A stretch of 64,000 bases of DNA from the human T2T-CHM13v2.0 reference genome, Homo sapiens. The stretch lies in NCBI RefSeq assembly GCF_009914755.1, contig NC_060948.1; one strand, written 5' to 3'. The position numbers and the translations under genes were made by a program. How positions within the stretch are numbered: position 1 is the stretch's first letter; each line of letters begins with the position of its first letter. This document shows positions 37,562 to 58,737 of the stretch, one piece after another. The notes under the pieces are model-generated. The model was not told the DNA's origin. It did no database searches and saw nothing but the letters and a program-made list of their open reading frames with translations.

Positions 37562-39097
37562 CAAACATACGTATACATTATGTATATAATAATATACAGT
37601 ATCATATATATAATATATATAACCTATGTATAATATTGTTTTACATCCTGCATCCTATGTTATATATATTGTATAAAATATAATAATTGATAATATATAA
37701 GTTTTATAATTATACAATATGACATAGAGTATATATTATAATTTATGACATATATAATATATGTTATATATCATATATAGAATATATTATACGGTTAATA
37801 TACGTATTAAATATAAATTATACATTATATATATTATATATAATATATCTGTTATATATAATACCCATTATGCATAATATATATATTATGTCTATGTTAT
37901 ATATAGTATAAAACAACATATAATAATATATAATTGTATATATAAAATGCGACATATAATATATATTATATTTTATAACATATGTAATATATATTATATA
38001 TAATACGTTGTATGTATAATACCTATATTAAATATATATTATATGACTATGTTATTAATTACATGTCACATGTGTTATATATTATATATTTTACATAGAA
38101 TATACCGGTTACATACAATATATACTATGTTACCTATAATGTATAATTTATTACATGTAAAATAAAGAATGCAATATATTATGTATAATTTATAATATAC
38201 AATATGTGGAATGTGATATATGTAACATATAATATATGATATATGATATACAGTATATGATATATAACATACAATATATGATTCCTAATATATATGGTAT
38301 ACAATATATATTTTATGATATGTATTCTATATGTTTTATATTCTGTTATATATAACTATTTGAAATTATATATAACTGTATAATATTTTATGTAAATATG
38401 TAATATAATATATATAACTATATAATATATTATATATAACTATATATTATGTTATATATACTTTTATAACATAATTTACATAAAATATCATAATATAATA
38501 TATATTAAATTTTTTCATATTACATAATATATATTACATATCACCCAATATAACTAACATACATAATATTATAATATAGATTATATTATGTTATATTAAA
38601 TATCATATATATCATGTATCATATATTCTATAATATATATTACACATTATATAATATGTATGTTGTCTATTATGTGATATATATAACTATATATATAATT
38701 ATATTTTTATACATATAACTGGATAAACATGTAATTCTACATATTTTCATTTATAATATGTAGAATTATATAATCATATATAATTATTTATATTCTATAA
38801 AAAATTTTATCATTATATAAATTATAATATATAAAAATTATAATATGTACTACAAATATATATATATTATATATCATATATGATATAGTACCTTTGTTAT
38901 ATATCATAATACATATAAATGTGTATTATGTTATCTATAATTATATAATTTCATATATAAGATGTATAATATGTATCATATATTATATATGTTATGTAAT
39001 ATATATAGTATATATAAGATGACACAGGATAAATATTATATACTATGACATATAAAATATATGAGGTTATATGTTACATATAAGGCATAGCACATAA

Positions 39098-39412
<315 letters not shown>

Positions 39413-39976
39413 AGATCCATATTTTTTAAATGAAAAAAAATTTCAAAGGTACTCTGCTTGGTACAATAATCAAATGTATAAACTGAGGAATAAAACATAA
39501 CCATGAAACCTACTTATAACTGCATATGGAAAATACAGAGGATAATTTTTTAAATAACATATTTTGAAAGCCTTAACTAGTAATTTGAAGAGTTGGCATT
39601 TGAAAGGCCAGTATGAATATACCTTCAAAGCAGCAACACAGGTTCCCCATGAGAAAAAGCAAACACAGGGAAAATAAAAACACAAAGGTTCAATCTCTTC
39701 TGACCTTTGAAAGACACAGCACAGACAGTGGTCCTTAGGACGAAGAGCAGGAGACCCCTAATTCCGTCACCATGGCGATAGGGCATAAACATTGCTGGGT
39801 GAGGGCACAATCCACATTGTGAGGTCCAACTGCTGCCAGGAAGACAGGAGTGCTTTTACATAGACCGAAAGGTCATTGAAGGCTCAGAGTTTTGTTTCAA
39901 GAACTGAATCCCAAGCCCACACGTTATTAGGCTGCGCTTCTTAAAACAAGTTATGAGATGGGAAAAAGGGCACCCA
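39413..39976. repeat. HSATI segment, copy 17
   Basis: Same as copy 1. Confidence 0.8.
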
Positions 39977-41512
39977 CAAACATACGTATACATTATGTAT
40001 ATAATAATATACAGTATCATATATATAATATATATAACCTATGTATAATATTGTTTTACATCCTGCATCCTATGTTATATATATTGTATAAAATATAATA
40101 ATTGATAATATATAAGCTGTATAATTATACAATATGACATAGAGTATATATTATAATTTATGACATATATAATATATGTTATATATCATATATAGAATAT
40201 ATTATATGGTTAATATACGTATTAAATATAAATTATACATTATATATATTATATATAATATATCTGTTATATATAATACCCATTATGCATAATATATATA
40301 TTATGTCTATGTTATATATAGTATAAAACAACATATAATAATATATAATTGTATATATAAAATGCGACATATAATATATATTATATTTTATAACATATGT
40401 AATATATATTATATATAATACGTTGTATGTATAATACCTATATTAAATATATATTATATGACTATGTTATTAATTACATGTCACATGTGTTATATATTAT
40501 ATATTTTACATAGAATATACCGGTTACATACAATATATACTATGTTACCTATAATGTATAATTTATTACATGTAAAATAAAGAATGCAATATATTATGTA
40601 TAATTTATAATATACAATATGTGGAATGTGATATATGTAACATATAATATATGATATATGATATACAGTATATGATATATAACATACAATATATGATTCC
40701 TAATATATATGGTATACAATATATATTTTATGATATGTATTCTATATGTTTTATATTCTGTTATATATAACTATTTGAAATTATATATAACTGTATAATA
40801 TTTTATGTAAATATGTAATATAATATATATAACTATATAATATATTATATATAACTATATATTATGTTATATATACTTTTATAACATAATTTACATAAAA
40901 TATCATAATATAATATATATTATAATATTTCATATTACATAATATATATTACATATCACCCAATATAACTAACATACATAATATTATAATATAGATTATA
41001 TTATGTTATATTAAATATCATATATATCATGTATCATATATTCTATAATATATATTACACATTATATAATATGTATGTTGTCTATTATGTGATATATATA
41101 ACTATATATATAATTATATTTTTATACATATAACTGGATAAACATGTAATTCTACATATTTTCATTTATAATATGTAGAATTATATAATCATATATAATT
41201 ATTTATATTCTATAAAAAATTTTATCATTATATAAATTATAATATATAAAAATTATAATATGTACTACAAATATATATATATTATATATCATATATGATA
41301 TAGTACCTTTGTTATATATCATAATACATATAAATGTGTATTATGTTATCTATAATTATATAATTTCATATATAAGATGTATAATATGTATCATATATTA
41401 TATATGTTATGTAATATATATAGTATATATAAGATGACACAGGATAAATATTATATACTATGACATATAAAATATATGAGGTTATATGTTACATATAAGG
41501 CATAGCACATAA

Positions 41513-41827
<315 letters not shown>

Positions 41828-42391
41828 AGATCCATATTTTTTAAATGAAAAAAAATTTCAAAGGTACTCTGCTTGGTACAATAATCAAATGTATAAACTG
41901 AGGAATAAAACATAACCATGAAACCTACTTATAACTGCATATGGAAAATACAGAGGATAATTTTTTAAATAACATATTTTGAAAGCCTTAACTAGTAATT
42001 TGAAGAGTTGGCATTTGAAAGGCCAGTATGAATATACCTTCAAAGCAGCAACACAGGTTCCCCATGAGAAAAAGCAAACACAGGGAAAATAAAAACACAA
42101 AGGTTCAATCTCTTCTGACCTTTGAAAGACACAGCACAGACAGTGGTCCTTAGGACGAAGAGCAGGAGACCCCTAATTCCGTCACCATGGCGATAGGGCA
42201 TAAACATTGCTGGGTGAGGGCACAATCCACATTGTGAGGTCCAACTGCTGCCAGGAAGACAGGAGTGCTTTTACATAGACCGAAAGGTCATTGAAGGCTC
42301 AGAGTTTTGTTTCAAGAACTGAATCCCAAGCCCACACGTTATTAGGCTGCGCTTCTTAAAACAAGTTATGAGATGGGAAAAAGGGCACCCA
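41828..42391. repeat. HSATI segment, copy 18
   Basis: Same as copy 1. Confidence 0.8.
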
Positions 42392-43927
42392 CAAACATAC
42401 GTATACATTATGTATATAATAATATACAGTATCATATATATAATATATATAACCTATGTATAATATTGTTTTACATCCTGCATCTTATGTTATATATATT
42501 GTATAAAATATAATAATTGATAATATATAAGTTTTATAATTATACAATATGACATAGAGTATATATTATAATTTATGACATATATAATATATGTTATATA
42601 TCATATATAGAATATATTATACGGTTAATATACGTATTAAATATAAATTATACATTATATATATTATATATAATATATCTGTTATATATAATACCCATTA
42701 TGCATAATATATATATTATGTCTATGTTATATATAGTATAAAACAACATATAATAATATATAATTGTATATATAAAATGCGACATATAATATATATTATA
42801 TTTTATAACATATGTAATATATATTATATATAATACGTTGTATGTATAATACCTATATTAAATATATATTATATGACTATGTTATTAATTACATGTCACA
42901 TGTGTTATATATTATATATTTTACATAGAATATACCGGTTACATACAATATATACTATGTTACCTATAATGTATAATTTATTACATGTAAAATAAAGAAT
43001 GCAATATATTATGTATAATTTATAATATACAATATGTGGAATGTGATATATGTAACATATAATATATGATATATGATATACAGTATATGATATATAACAT
43101 ACAATATATGATTCCTAATATATATGGTATACAATATATATTTTATGATATGTATTCTATATGTTTTATATTCTGTTATATATAACTATTTGAAATTATA
43201 TATAACTGTATAATATTTTATGTAAATATGTAATATAATATATATAACTATATAATATATTATATATAACTATATATTATGTTATATATACTTTTATAAC
43301 ATAATTTACATAAAATATCATAATATAATATATATTAAATTTTTTCATATTACATAATATATATTACATATCACCCAATATAACTAACATACATAATATT
43401 ATAATATAGATTATATTATGTTATATTAAATATCATATATATCATGTATCATATATTCTATAATATATATTACACATTATATAATATGTATGTTGTCTAT
43501 TATGTGATATATATAACTATATATATAATTATATTTTTATACATATAACTGGATAAACATGTAATTCTACATATTTTCATTTATAATATGTAGAATTATA
43601 TAATCATATATAATTATTTATATTCTATAAAAAATTTTATCATTATATAAATTATAATATATAATAATTATAATATGTACTACAAATATATATATATTAT
43701 ATATCATATATGATATAGTACCTTTGTTATATATCATAATACATATAAATGTGTATTATGTTATCTATAATTATATAATTTCATATATAAGATGTATAAT
43801 ATGTATCATATATTATATATGTTATGTAATATATATAGTATATATAAGATGACACAGGATAAATATTATATACTATGACATATAAAATATATGAGGTTAT
43901 ATGTTACATATAAGGCATAGCACATAA

Positions 43928-44242
<315 letters not shown>

Positions 44243-44806
44243 AGATCCATATTTTTTAAATGAAAAAAAATTTCAAAGGTACTCTGCTTGGTACAATAAT
44301 CAAATGTATAAACTGAGGAATAAAACATAACCATGAAACCTACTTATAACTGCATATGGAAAATACAGAGGATAATTTTTTAAATAACATATTTTGAAAG
44401 CCTTAACTAGTAATTTGAAGAGTTGGCATTTGAAAGGCCAGTATGAATATACCTTCAAAGCAGCAACACAGGTTCCCCATGAGAAAAAGCAAACACAGGG
44501 AAAATAAAAACACAAAGGTTCAATCTCTTCTGACCTTTGAAAGACACAGCACAGACAGTGGTCCTTAGGACGAAGAGCAGGAGACCCCTAATTCCGTCAC
44601 CATGGCGATAGGGCATAAACATTGCTGGGTGAGGGCACAATCCACATTGTGAGGTCCAACTGCTGCCAGGAAGACAGGAGTGCTTTTACATAGACCGAAA
44701 GGTCATTGAAGGCTCAGAGTTTTGTTTCAAGAACTGAATCCCAAGCCCACACGTTATTAGGCTGCGCTTCTTAAAACAAGTTATGAGATGGGAAAAAGGG
44801 CACCCA
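44243..44806. repeat. HSATI segment, copy 19
   Basis: Same as copy 1. Confidence 0.8.
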
Positions 44807-46342
44807 CAAACATACGTATACATTATGTATATAATAATATACAGTATCATATATATAATATATATAACCTATGTATAATATTGTTTTACATCCTGCATCT
44901 TATGTTATATATATTGTATAAAATATAATAATTGATAATATATAAGTTTTATAATTATACAATATGACATAGAGTATATATTATAATTTATGACATATAT
45001 AATATATGTTATATATCATATATAGAATATATTATACGGTTAATATACGTATTAAATATAAATTATACATTATATATATTATATATAATATATCTGTTAT
45101 ATATAATACCCATTATGCATAATATATATATTATGTCTATGTTATATATAGTATAAAACAACATATAATAATATATAATTGTATATATAAAATGCGACAT
45201 ATAATATATATTATATTTTATAACATATGTAATATATATTATATATAATACGTTGTATGTATAATACCTATATTAAATATATATTATATGACTATGTTAT
45301 TAATTACATGTCACATGTGTTATATATTATATATTTTACATAGAATATACCGGTTACATACAATATATACTATGTTACCTATAATGTATAATTTATTACA
45401 TGTAAAATAAAGAATGCAATATATTATGTATAATTTATAATATACAATATGTGGAATGTGATATATGTAACATATAATATATGATATATGATATACAGTA
45501 TATGATATATAACATACAATATATGATTCCTAATATATATGGTATACAATATATATTTTATGATATGTATTCTATATGTTTTATATTCTGTTATATATAA
45601 CTATTTGAAATTATATATAACTGTATAATATTTTATGTAAATATGTAATATAATATATATAACTATATAATATATTATATATAACTATATATTATGTTAT
45701 ATATACTTTTATAACATAATTTACATAAAATATCATAATATAATATATATTATAATATTTCATATTAAATAATATATATTACATATCACCCAATATAACT
45801 AACATACATAATATTATAATATAGATTATATTATGTTATATTAAATATCATATATATCATGTATCATATATTCTATAATATATATTACACATTATATAAT
45901 ATGTATGTTGTCTATTATGTGATATATATAACTATATATATAATTATATTTTTATACATATAACTGGATAAACATGTAATTCTACATATTTTCATTTATA
46001 ATATGTAGAATTATATAATCATATATAATTATTTATATTCTATAAAAAATTTTATCATTATATAAATTATAATATATAAAAATTATAATATGTACTACAA
46101 ATATATATATATTATATATCATATATGATATAGTACCTTTGTTATATATCATAATACATATAAATGTGTATTATGTTATCTATAATTATATAATTTCATA
46201 TATAAGATGTATAATATGTATCATATATTATATATGTTATGTAATATATATAGTATATATAAGATGACACAGGATAAATATTATATACTATGACATATAA
46301 AATATATGAGGTTATATGTTACATATAAGGCATAGCACATAA

Positions 46343-46657
<315 letters not shown>

Positions 46658-47221
46658 AGATCCATATTTTTTAAATGAAAAAAAATTTCAAAGGTACTCT
46701 GCTTGGTACAATAATCAAATGTATAAACTGAGGAATAAAACATAACCATGAAACCTACTTATAACTGCATATGGAAAATACAGAGGATAATTTTTTAAAT
46801 AACATATTTTGAAAGCCTTAACTAGTAATTTGAAGAGTTGGCATTTGAAAGGCCAGTATGAATATACCTTCAAAGCAGCAACACAGGTTCCCCATGAGAA
46901 AAAGCAAACACAGGGAAAATAAAAACACAAAGGTTCAATCTCTTCTGACCTTTGAAAGACACAGCACAGACAGTGGTCCTTAGGACGAAGAGCAGGAGAC
47001 CCCTAATTCCGTCACCATGGCGATAGGGCATAAACATTGCTGGGTGAGGGCACAATCCACATTGTGAGGTCCAACTGCTGCCAGGAAGACAGGAGTGCTT
47101 TTACATAGACCGAAAGGTCATTGAAGGCTCAGAGTTTTGTTTCAAGAACTGAATCCCAAGCCCACACGTTATTAGGCTGCGCTTCTTAAAACAAGTTATG
47201 AGATGGGAAAAAGGGCACCCA
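46658..47221. repeat. HSATI segment, copy 20
   Basis: Same as copy 1. Confidence 0.8.
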
Positions 47222-48757
47222 CAAACATACGTATACATTATGTATATAATAATATACAGTATCATATATATAATATATATAACCTATGTATAATATTGTT
47301 TTACATCCTGCATCTTATGTTATATATATTGTATAAAATATAATAATTGATAATATATAAGTTTTATAATTATACAATATGACATAGAGTATATATTATA
47401 ATTTATGACATATATAATATATGTTATATATCATATATAGAATATATTATACGGTTAATATACGTATTAAATATAAATTATACATTATATATATTATATA
47501 TAATATATCTGTTATATATAATACCCATTATGCATAATATATATATTATGTCTATGTTATATATAGTATAAAACAACATATAATAATATATAATTGTATA
47601 TATAAAATGCGACATATAATATATATTATATTTTATAACATATGTAATATATATTATATATAATACGTTGTATGTATAATACCTATATTAAATATATATT
47701 ATATGACTATGTTATTAATTACATGTCACATGTGTTATATATTATATATTTTACATAGAATATACCGGTTACATACAATATATACTATGTTACCTATAAT
47801 GTATAATTTATTACATGTAAAATAAAGAATGCAATATATTATGTATAATTTATAATATACAATATGTGGAATGTGATATATGTAACATATAATATATGAT
47901 ATATGATATACAGTATATGATATATAACATACAATATATGATTCCTAATATATATGGTATACAATATATATTTTATGATATGTATTCTATATGTTTTATA
48001 TTCTGTTATATATAACTATTTGAAATTATATATAACTGTATAATATTTTATGTAAATATGTAATATAATATATATAACTATATAATATATTATATATAAC
48101 TATATATTATGTTATATATACTTTTATAACATAATTTACATAAAATATCATAATATAATATATATTATAATATTTCATATTACATAATATATATTACATA
48201 TCACCCAATATAACTAACATACATAATATTATAATATAGATTATATTATGTTATATTAAATATCATATATATCATGTATGATATATTCTATAATATATAT
48301 TACACATTATATAATATGTATGTTGTCTATTATGTGATATATGTAACTATATATATAATTATATTTTTATACATATAACTGGATAAACATGTAATTCTAC
48401 ATATTTTCATTTATAATATGTAGAATTATATAATCATATATAATTATTTATATTCTATAAAAAATTTTATCATTATATAAATTATAATATATAAAAATTA
48501 TAATATGTACTACAAATATATATATATTATATATCATATATGATATAGTACCTTTGTTATATATCATAATACATATAAATGTGTATTATGTTATCTATAA
48601 TTATATAATTTCATATATAAGATGTATAATATGTATCATATATTATATATGTTATGTAATATATATAGTATATATAAGATGACACAGGATAAATATTATA
48701 TACTATGACATATAAAATATATGAGGTTATATGTTACATATAAGGCATAGCACATAA

Positions 48758-49072
<315 letters not shown>

Positions 49073-49636
49073 AGATCCATATTTTTTAAATGAAAAAAAA
49101 TTTCAAAGGTACTCTGCTTGGTACAATAATCAAATGTATAAACTGAGGAATAAAACATAACCATGAAACCTACTTATAACTGCATATGGAAAATACAGAG
49201 GATAATTTTTTAAATAACATATTTTGAAAGCCTTAACTAGTAATTTGAAGAGTTGGCATTTGAAAGGCCAGTATGAATATACCTTCAAAGCAGCAACACA
49301 GGTTCCCCATGAGAAAAAGCAAACACAGGGAAAATAAAAACACAAAGGTTCAATCTCTTCTGACCTTTGAAAGACACAGCACAGACAGTGGTCCTTAGGA
49401 CGAAGAGCAGGAGACCCCTAATTCCGTCACCATGGCGATAGGGCATAAACATTGCTGGGTGAGGGCACAATCCACATTGTGAGGTCCAACTGCTGCCAGG
49501 AAGACAGGAGTGCTTTTACATAGACCGAAAGGTCATTGAAGGCTCAGAGTTTTGTTTCAAGAACTGAATCCCAAGCCCACACGTTATTAGGCTGCGCTTC
49601 TTAAAACAAGTTATGAGATGGGAAAAAGGGCACCCA
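49073..49636. repeat. HSATI segment, copy 21
   Basis: Same as copy 1. Confidence 0.8.
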
Positions 49637-51172
49637 CAAACATACGTATACATTATGTATATAATAATATACAGTATCATATATATAATATATATAACCT
49701 ATGTATAATATTGTTTTACATCCTGCATCTTATGTTATATATATTGTATAAAATATAATAATTGATAATATATAAGTTTTATAATTATACAATATGACAT
49801 AGAGTATATATTATAATTTATGACATATATAATATATGTTATATATCATATATAGAATATATTATACGGTTAATATACGTATTAAATATAAATTATACAT
49901 TATATATATTATATATAATATATCTGTTATATATAATACCCATTATGCATAATATATATATTATGTCTATGTTATATATAGTATAAAACAACATATAATA
50001 ATATATAATTGTATATATAAAATGCGACATATAATATATATTATATTTTATAACATATGTAATATATATTATATATAATACGTTGTATGTATAATACCTA
50101 TATTAAATATATATTATATGACTATGTTATTAATTACATGTCACATGTGTTATATATTATATATTTTACATAGAATATACCGGTTACATACAATATATAC
50201 TATGTTACCTATAATGTATAATTTATTACATGTAAAATAAAGAATGCAATATATTATGTATAATTTATAATATACAATATGTGGAATGTGATATATGTAA
50301 CATATAATATATGATATATGATATACAGTATATGATATATAACATACAATATATGATTCCTAATATATATGGTATACAATATATATTTTATGATATGTAT
50401 TCTATATGTTTTATATTCTGTTATATATAACTATTTGAAATTATATATAACTGTATAATATTTTATGTAAATATGTAATATAATATATATAACTATATAA
50501 TATATTATATATAACTATATATTATGTTATATATACTTTTATAACATAATTTACATAAAATATCATAATATAATATATATTATAATATTTCATATTACAT
50601 AATATATATTACATATCACCCAATATAACTAACATACATAATATTATAATATAGATTATATTATGTTATATTAAATATCATATATATCATGTATCATATA
50701 TTCTATAATATATATTACACATTATATAATATGTATGTTGTCTATTATGTGATATATGTAACTATATATATAATTATATTTTTATACATATAACTGGATA
50801 AACATGTAATTCTACATATTTTCATTTATAATATGTAGAATTATATAATCATATATAATTATTTATATTCTATAAAAAATTTTATCATTATATAAATTAT
50901 AATATATAAAAATTATAATATGTACTACAAATATATATATATTATATATCATATATGATATAGTACCTTTGTTATATATCATAATACATATAAATGTGTA
51001 TTATGTTATCTATAATTATATAATTTCATATATAAGATGTATAATATGTATCATATATTATATATGTTATGTAATATATATAGTATATATAAGATGACAC
51101 AGGATAAATATTATATACTATGACATATAAAATATATGAGGTTATATGTTACATATAAGGCATAGCACATAA

Positions 51173-51487
<315 letters not shown>

Positions 51488-52051
51488 AGATCCATATTTT
51501 TTAAATGAAAAAAAATTTCAAAGGTACTCTGCTTGGTACAATAATCAAATGTATAAACTGAGGAATAAAACATAACCATGAAACCTACTTATAACTGCAT
51601 ATGGAAAATACAGAGGATAATTTTTTAAATAACATATTTTGAAAGCCTTAACTAGTAATTTGAAGAGTTGGCATTTGAAAGGCCAGTATGAATATACCTT
51701 CAAAGCAGCAACACAGGTTCCCCATGAGAAAAAGCAAACACAGGGAAAATAAAAACACAAAGGTTCAATCTCTTCTGACCTTTGAAAGACACAGCACAGA
51801 CAGTGGTCCTTAGGACGAAGAGCAGGAGACCCCTAATTCCGTCACCATGGCGATAGGGCATAAACATTGCTGGGTGAGGGCACAATCCACATTGTGAGGT
51901 CCAACTGCTGCCAGGAAGACAGGAGTGCTTTTACATAGACCGAAAGGTCATTGAAGGCTCAGAGTTTTGTTTCAAGAACTGAATCCCAAGCCCACACGTT
52001 ATTAGGCTGCGCTTCTTAAAACAAGTTATGAGATGGGAAAAAGGGCACCCA
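51488..52051. repeat. HSATI segment, copy 22
   Basis: Same as copy 1. Confidence 0.8.
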
Positions 52052-53592
52052 CAAACATACGTATACATTATGTATATAATAATATACAGTATCATATATA
52101 TAATATATATAACCTATGTATAATATTGTTTTACATCCTGCATCCTATGTTATATATATTGTATAAAATATAATAATTGATAATATATAAGCTGTATAAT
52201 TATACAATATGACATATAGTATATATTATAATTTATGACATATATAATATATGTTATATATCATATATAGAATATATTATATGGTTAATATACGTATTAA
52301 ATATAAATTATACATTATATATATTATATATAATATATCTGTTATATATAATACCCATTATGCATAATATATATATTATGTCTATGTTATTTATAGTATA
52401 AAACAACATATAATAATATATAATTGTATATATAAAATGCGACATATAATATATATTATATTTTATAACATATGTAATATATATTATATATTATATATAA
52501 TACGTTGTATGTATAATACCTATATTAAATATATATTATATGACTATGTTATTAATTACATGTCACATGTGTTATATATTATATATTTTACATAGAATAT
52601 ACCGGTTACATACAATATATACTATGTTACCTATAATGTATAATTTATTACATGTAAAATAAAGAATGCAATATATTATGTATAATTTATAATATACAAT
52701 ATGTGGAATGTGATATATGTAACATATAATATATGATATATGATATACAGTATATGATATATAACATACAATATATGATTCCTAATATATATGGTATACA
52801 ATATATATTTTATGATATGTATTCTATATGTTTTATATTCTGTTATATATAACTATTTGAAATTATATATAACTGTATAATATTTTATGTAAATATGTAA
52901 TATAATATATATAACTATATAATATATTATATATAACTATATATTATGTTATATATACTTTTATAACATAATTTACATAAAATATCATAATATAATATAT
53001 ATTATAATATTTCATATTACATAATATATATTACATATCACCCAATATAACTAACATACATAATATTATAATATAGATTATATTATGTTATATTAAATAT
53101 CATATATATCATGTATCATATATTCTATAATATATATTACACATTATATAATATGTATGTTGTCTATTATGTGATATATATAACTATATATATAATTATA
53201 TTTTTATACATATAACTGGATAAACATGTAATTCTACATATTTTCATTTATAATATGTAGAATTATATAATCATATATAATTATTTATATTCTATAAAAA
53301 ATTTTATCATTATATAAATTATAATATATAAAAATTATAATATGTACTACAAATATATATATTATATATCATATATGATATAGTACCTTTGTTATATATC
53401 ATAATACATATAAATGTGTATTATGTTATCTATAATTATATAATTTCATATATAAGATGTATAATATGTATCATATATTATAGATGTTATGTAATATATA
53501 TAGTATATATAAGATGACACAGGATAAATATTATATACTATGACATATAAAATATATGAGGTTATATGTTACATATAAGGCATAGCACATAA

Positions 53593-53907
<315 letters not shown>

Positions 53908-54471
53908 AGATCCATATTTTTTAAATGAAAAAAAATTTCAAAGGTACTCTGCTTGGTACAATAATCAAATGTATAAACTGAGGAATAAAACATAACCATG
54001 AAACCTACTTATAACTGCATATGGAAAATACAGAGGATAATTTTTTAAATAACATATTTTGAAAGCCTTAACTAGTAATTTGAAGAGTTGGCATTTGAAA
54101 GGCCAGTATGAATATACCTTCAAAGCAGCAACACAGGTTCCCCATGAGAAAAAGCAAACACAGGGAAAATAAAAACACAAAGGTTCAATCTCTTCTGACC
54201 TTTGAAAGACACAGCACAGACAGTGGTCCTTAGGACGAAGAGCAGGAGACCCCTAATTCCGTCACCATGGCGATAGGGCATAAACATTGCTGGGTGAGGG
54301 CACAATCCACATTGTGAGGTCCAACTGCTGCCAGGAAGACAGGAGTGCTTTTACATAGACCGAAAGGTCATTGAAGGCTCAGAGTTTTGTTTCAAGAACT
54401 GAATCCCAAGCCCACACGTTATTAGGCTGCGCTTCTTAAAACAAGTTATGAGATGGGAAAAAGGGCACCCA
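53908..54471. repeat. HSATI segment, copy 23
   Basis: Same as copy 1. Confidence 0.8.
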
Positions 54472-56004
54472 CAAACATACGTATACATTATGTATATAAT
54501 AATATACAGTATCATATATATAATATATATAACCTATGTATAATATTGTTTTACATCCTGCATCTTATGTTATATATATTGTATAAAATATAATAATTGA
54601 TAATATATAAGTTTTATAATTATACAATATGACATAGAGTATATATTATAATTTATGACATATATAATATATGTTATATATCATATATAGAATATATTAT
54701 ACGGTTAATATACGTATTAAATATAAATTATACATTATATATATTATATATAATATATCTGTTATATATAATACCCATTATGCATAATATATATATTATG
54801 TCTATGTTATATATAGTATAAAACAACATATAATAATATATAATTGTATATATAAAATGCGACATATAATATATATTATATTTTATAACATATGTAATAT
54901 ATATTATATATAATACGTTGTATGTATAATACCTATATTAAATATATATTATATGACTATGTTATTAATTACATGTCACATGTGTTATATATTATATATT
55001 TTACATAGAATATACCGGTTACATACAATATATACTATGTTACCTATAATGTATAATTTATTACATGTAAAATAAAGAATGCAATATATTATGTATAATT
55101 TATAATATACAATATGTGGAATGTGATATATGTAACATATAATATATGATATATGATATACAGTATATGATATATAACATACAATATATGATTCCTAATA
55201 TATATGGTATACAATATATATTTTATGATATGTATTCTATATGTTTTATATTCTGTTATATATAACTATTTGAAATTATATATAACTGTATAATATTTTA
55301 TGTAAATATGTAATATAATATATATAACTATATAATATATTATATATAACTATATATTATGTTATATATACTTTTATAACATAATTTACATAAAATATCA
55401 TAATATAATATATATTATAATATTTCATATTACATAATATATATTACATATCACCCAATATAACTAACATACATAATATTATAATATAGATTATATTATG
55501 TTATATTAAATATCATATATATCATGTATCATATATTCTATAATATATATTACACATTATATAATATGTATGTCTATTATGTGATATATGTAACTATATA
55601 TATAATTATATTTTTATACATATAACTGGATAAACATGTAATTCTACATATTTTCATTTATAATATGTAGAATTATATAATCATATATAATTATTTATAT
55701 TCTATAAAAAATTTTATCATTATATAAATTATAATATATAAAAATTATAATATGTACTACAAATATATATATATTATATATCATATATGATATAGTACCT
55801 TTGTTATATATCATAATACATATAAATGTGTATTATGTTATCTATAATTATATAATTTCATATATAAGATGTATAATATGTATCATATATTATATATGTT
55901 ATGTAATATATATAGTATATATAAGATGACACAGGATAAATATTATATACTATGACATATAAAATATATGAGGTTATATGTTACATATAAGGCATAGCAC
56001 ATAA

Positions 56005-56319
<315 letters not shown>

Positions 56320-56883
56320 AGATCCATATTTTTTAAATGAAAAAAAATTTCAAAGGTACTCTGCTTGGTACAATAATCAAATGTATAAACTGAGGAATAA
56401 AACATAACCATGAAACCTACTTATAACTGCATATGGAAAATACAGAGGATAATTTTTTAAATAACATATTTTGAAAGCCTTAACTAGTAATTTGAAGAGT
56501 TGGCATTTGAAAGGCCAGTATGAATATACCTTCAAAGCAGCAACACAGGTTCCCCATGAGAAAAAGCAAACACAGGGAAAATAAAAACACAAAGGTTCAA
56601 TCTCTTCTGACCTTTGAAAGACACAGCACAGACAGTGGTCCTTAGGACGAAGAGCAGGAGACCCCTAATTCCGTCACCATGGCGATAGGGCATAAACATT
56701 GCTGGGTGAGGGCACAATCCACATTGTGAGGTCCAACTGCTGCCAGGAAGACAGGAGTGCTTTTACATAGACCGAAAGGTCATTGAAGGCTCAGAGTTTT
56801 GTTTCAAGAACTGAATCCCAAGCCCACACGTTATTAGGCTGCGCTTCTTAAAACAAGTTATGAGATGGGAAAAAGGGCACCCA
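56320..56883. repeat. HSATI segment, copy 24
   Basis: Same as copy 1. Confidence 0.8.
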
Positions 56884-58422
56884 CAAACATACGTATACAT
56901 TATGTATATAATAATATACAGTATCATATATATAATATATATAACCTATGTATAATATTGTTTTACATCCTGCATCCTATGTTATATATAGTATAAAATA
57001 TAATAATTGATAATATATAAGCTGTATAATTATACAATATGACATATAGTATATATTATAATTTATGACATATATAATATATGTTATATATCATATATAG
57101 AATATATTATATGGTTAATATACGTATTAAATATAAATTATACATTATATATATTATATATAATATATCTGTTATATATAATACCCATTATGCATAATAT
57201 ATATATTATGTCTATGTTATTTATAGTATAAAACAACATATAATAATATATAATTGTATATATAAAATGCGACATATAATATATATTATATTTTATAACA
57301 TATGTAATATATATTATATATTATATATAATATGTTGTATGTATAATACCTATATTAAATATATATTATATGACTATGTTATTAATTACATGTCACATGT
57401 GTTATATATTATATATTTTACATAGAATATACCGGTTACATACAATATATACTATGTTACCTATAATGTATAATTTATTACATGTAAAATAAAGAATGCA
57501 ATATATTATGTATAATTTATAATATACAATATGTGGAATGTGATATATGTAACATATAATATATGATATATGATATACAGTATATGATATATAACATACA
57601 ATATATGATTCCTAATATATATGGTATACAATATATATTTTATGATATGTATTCTATATGTTTTATATTCTGTTATATATAACTATTTGAAATTATATAT
57701 AACTGTATAATATTTTATGTAAATATGTAATATAATATATATAACTATATAATATATTATATATAACTATATATTATGTTATATATACTTTTATAACATA
57801 ATTTACATAAAATATCATAATATAATATATATTATAATATTTCATATTACATAATATATATTACATATCACCCAATATAACTAACATACATAATATTATA
57901 ATATAGATTATATTATGTTATATTAAATATCATATATATCATGTATCATATATTCTATAATATATATTACACATTATATAATATGTATGTTGTCTATTAT
58001 GTGATATATATAACTATATATATAATTATATTTTTATACATATAACTGGATAAACATGTAATTCTACATATTTTCATTTATAATATGTAGAATTATATAA
58101 TCATATATAATTATTTATATTCTATAAAAAATTTTATCATTATATAAATTATAATATATAAAAATTATAATATGTACTACAAATATATATATTATATATC
58201 ATATATGATATAGTACCTTTGTTATATATCATAATACATATAAATGTGTATTATGTTATCTATAATTATATAATTTCATATATAAGATGTATAATATGTA
58301 TCATATATTATAGATGTTATGTAATATATATAGTATATATAAGATGACACAGGATAAATATTATATACTATGACATATAAAATATATGAGGTTATATGTT
58401 ACATATAAGGCATAGCACATAA

Positions 58423-58737
<315 letters not shown>
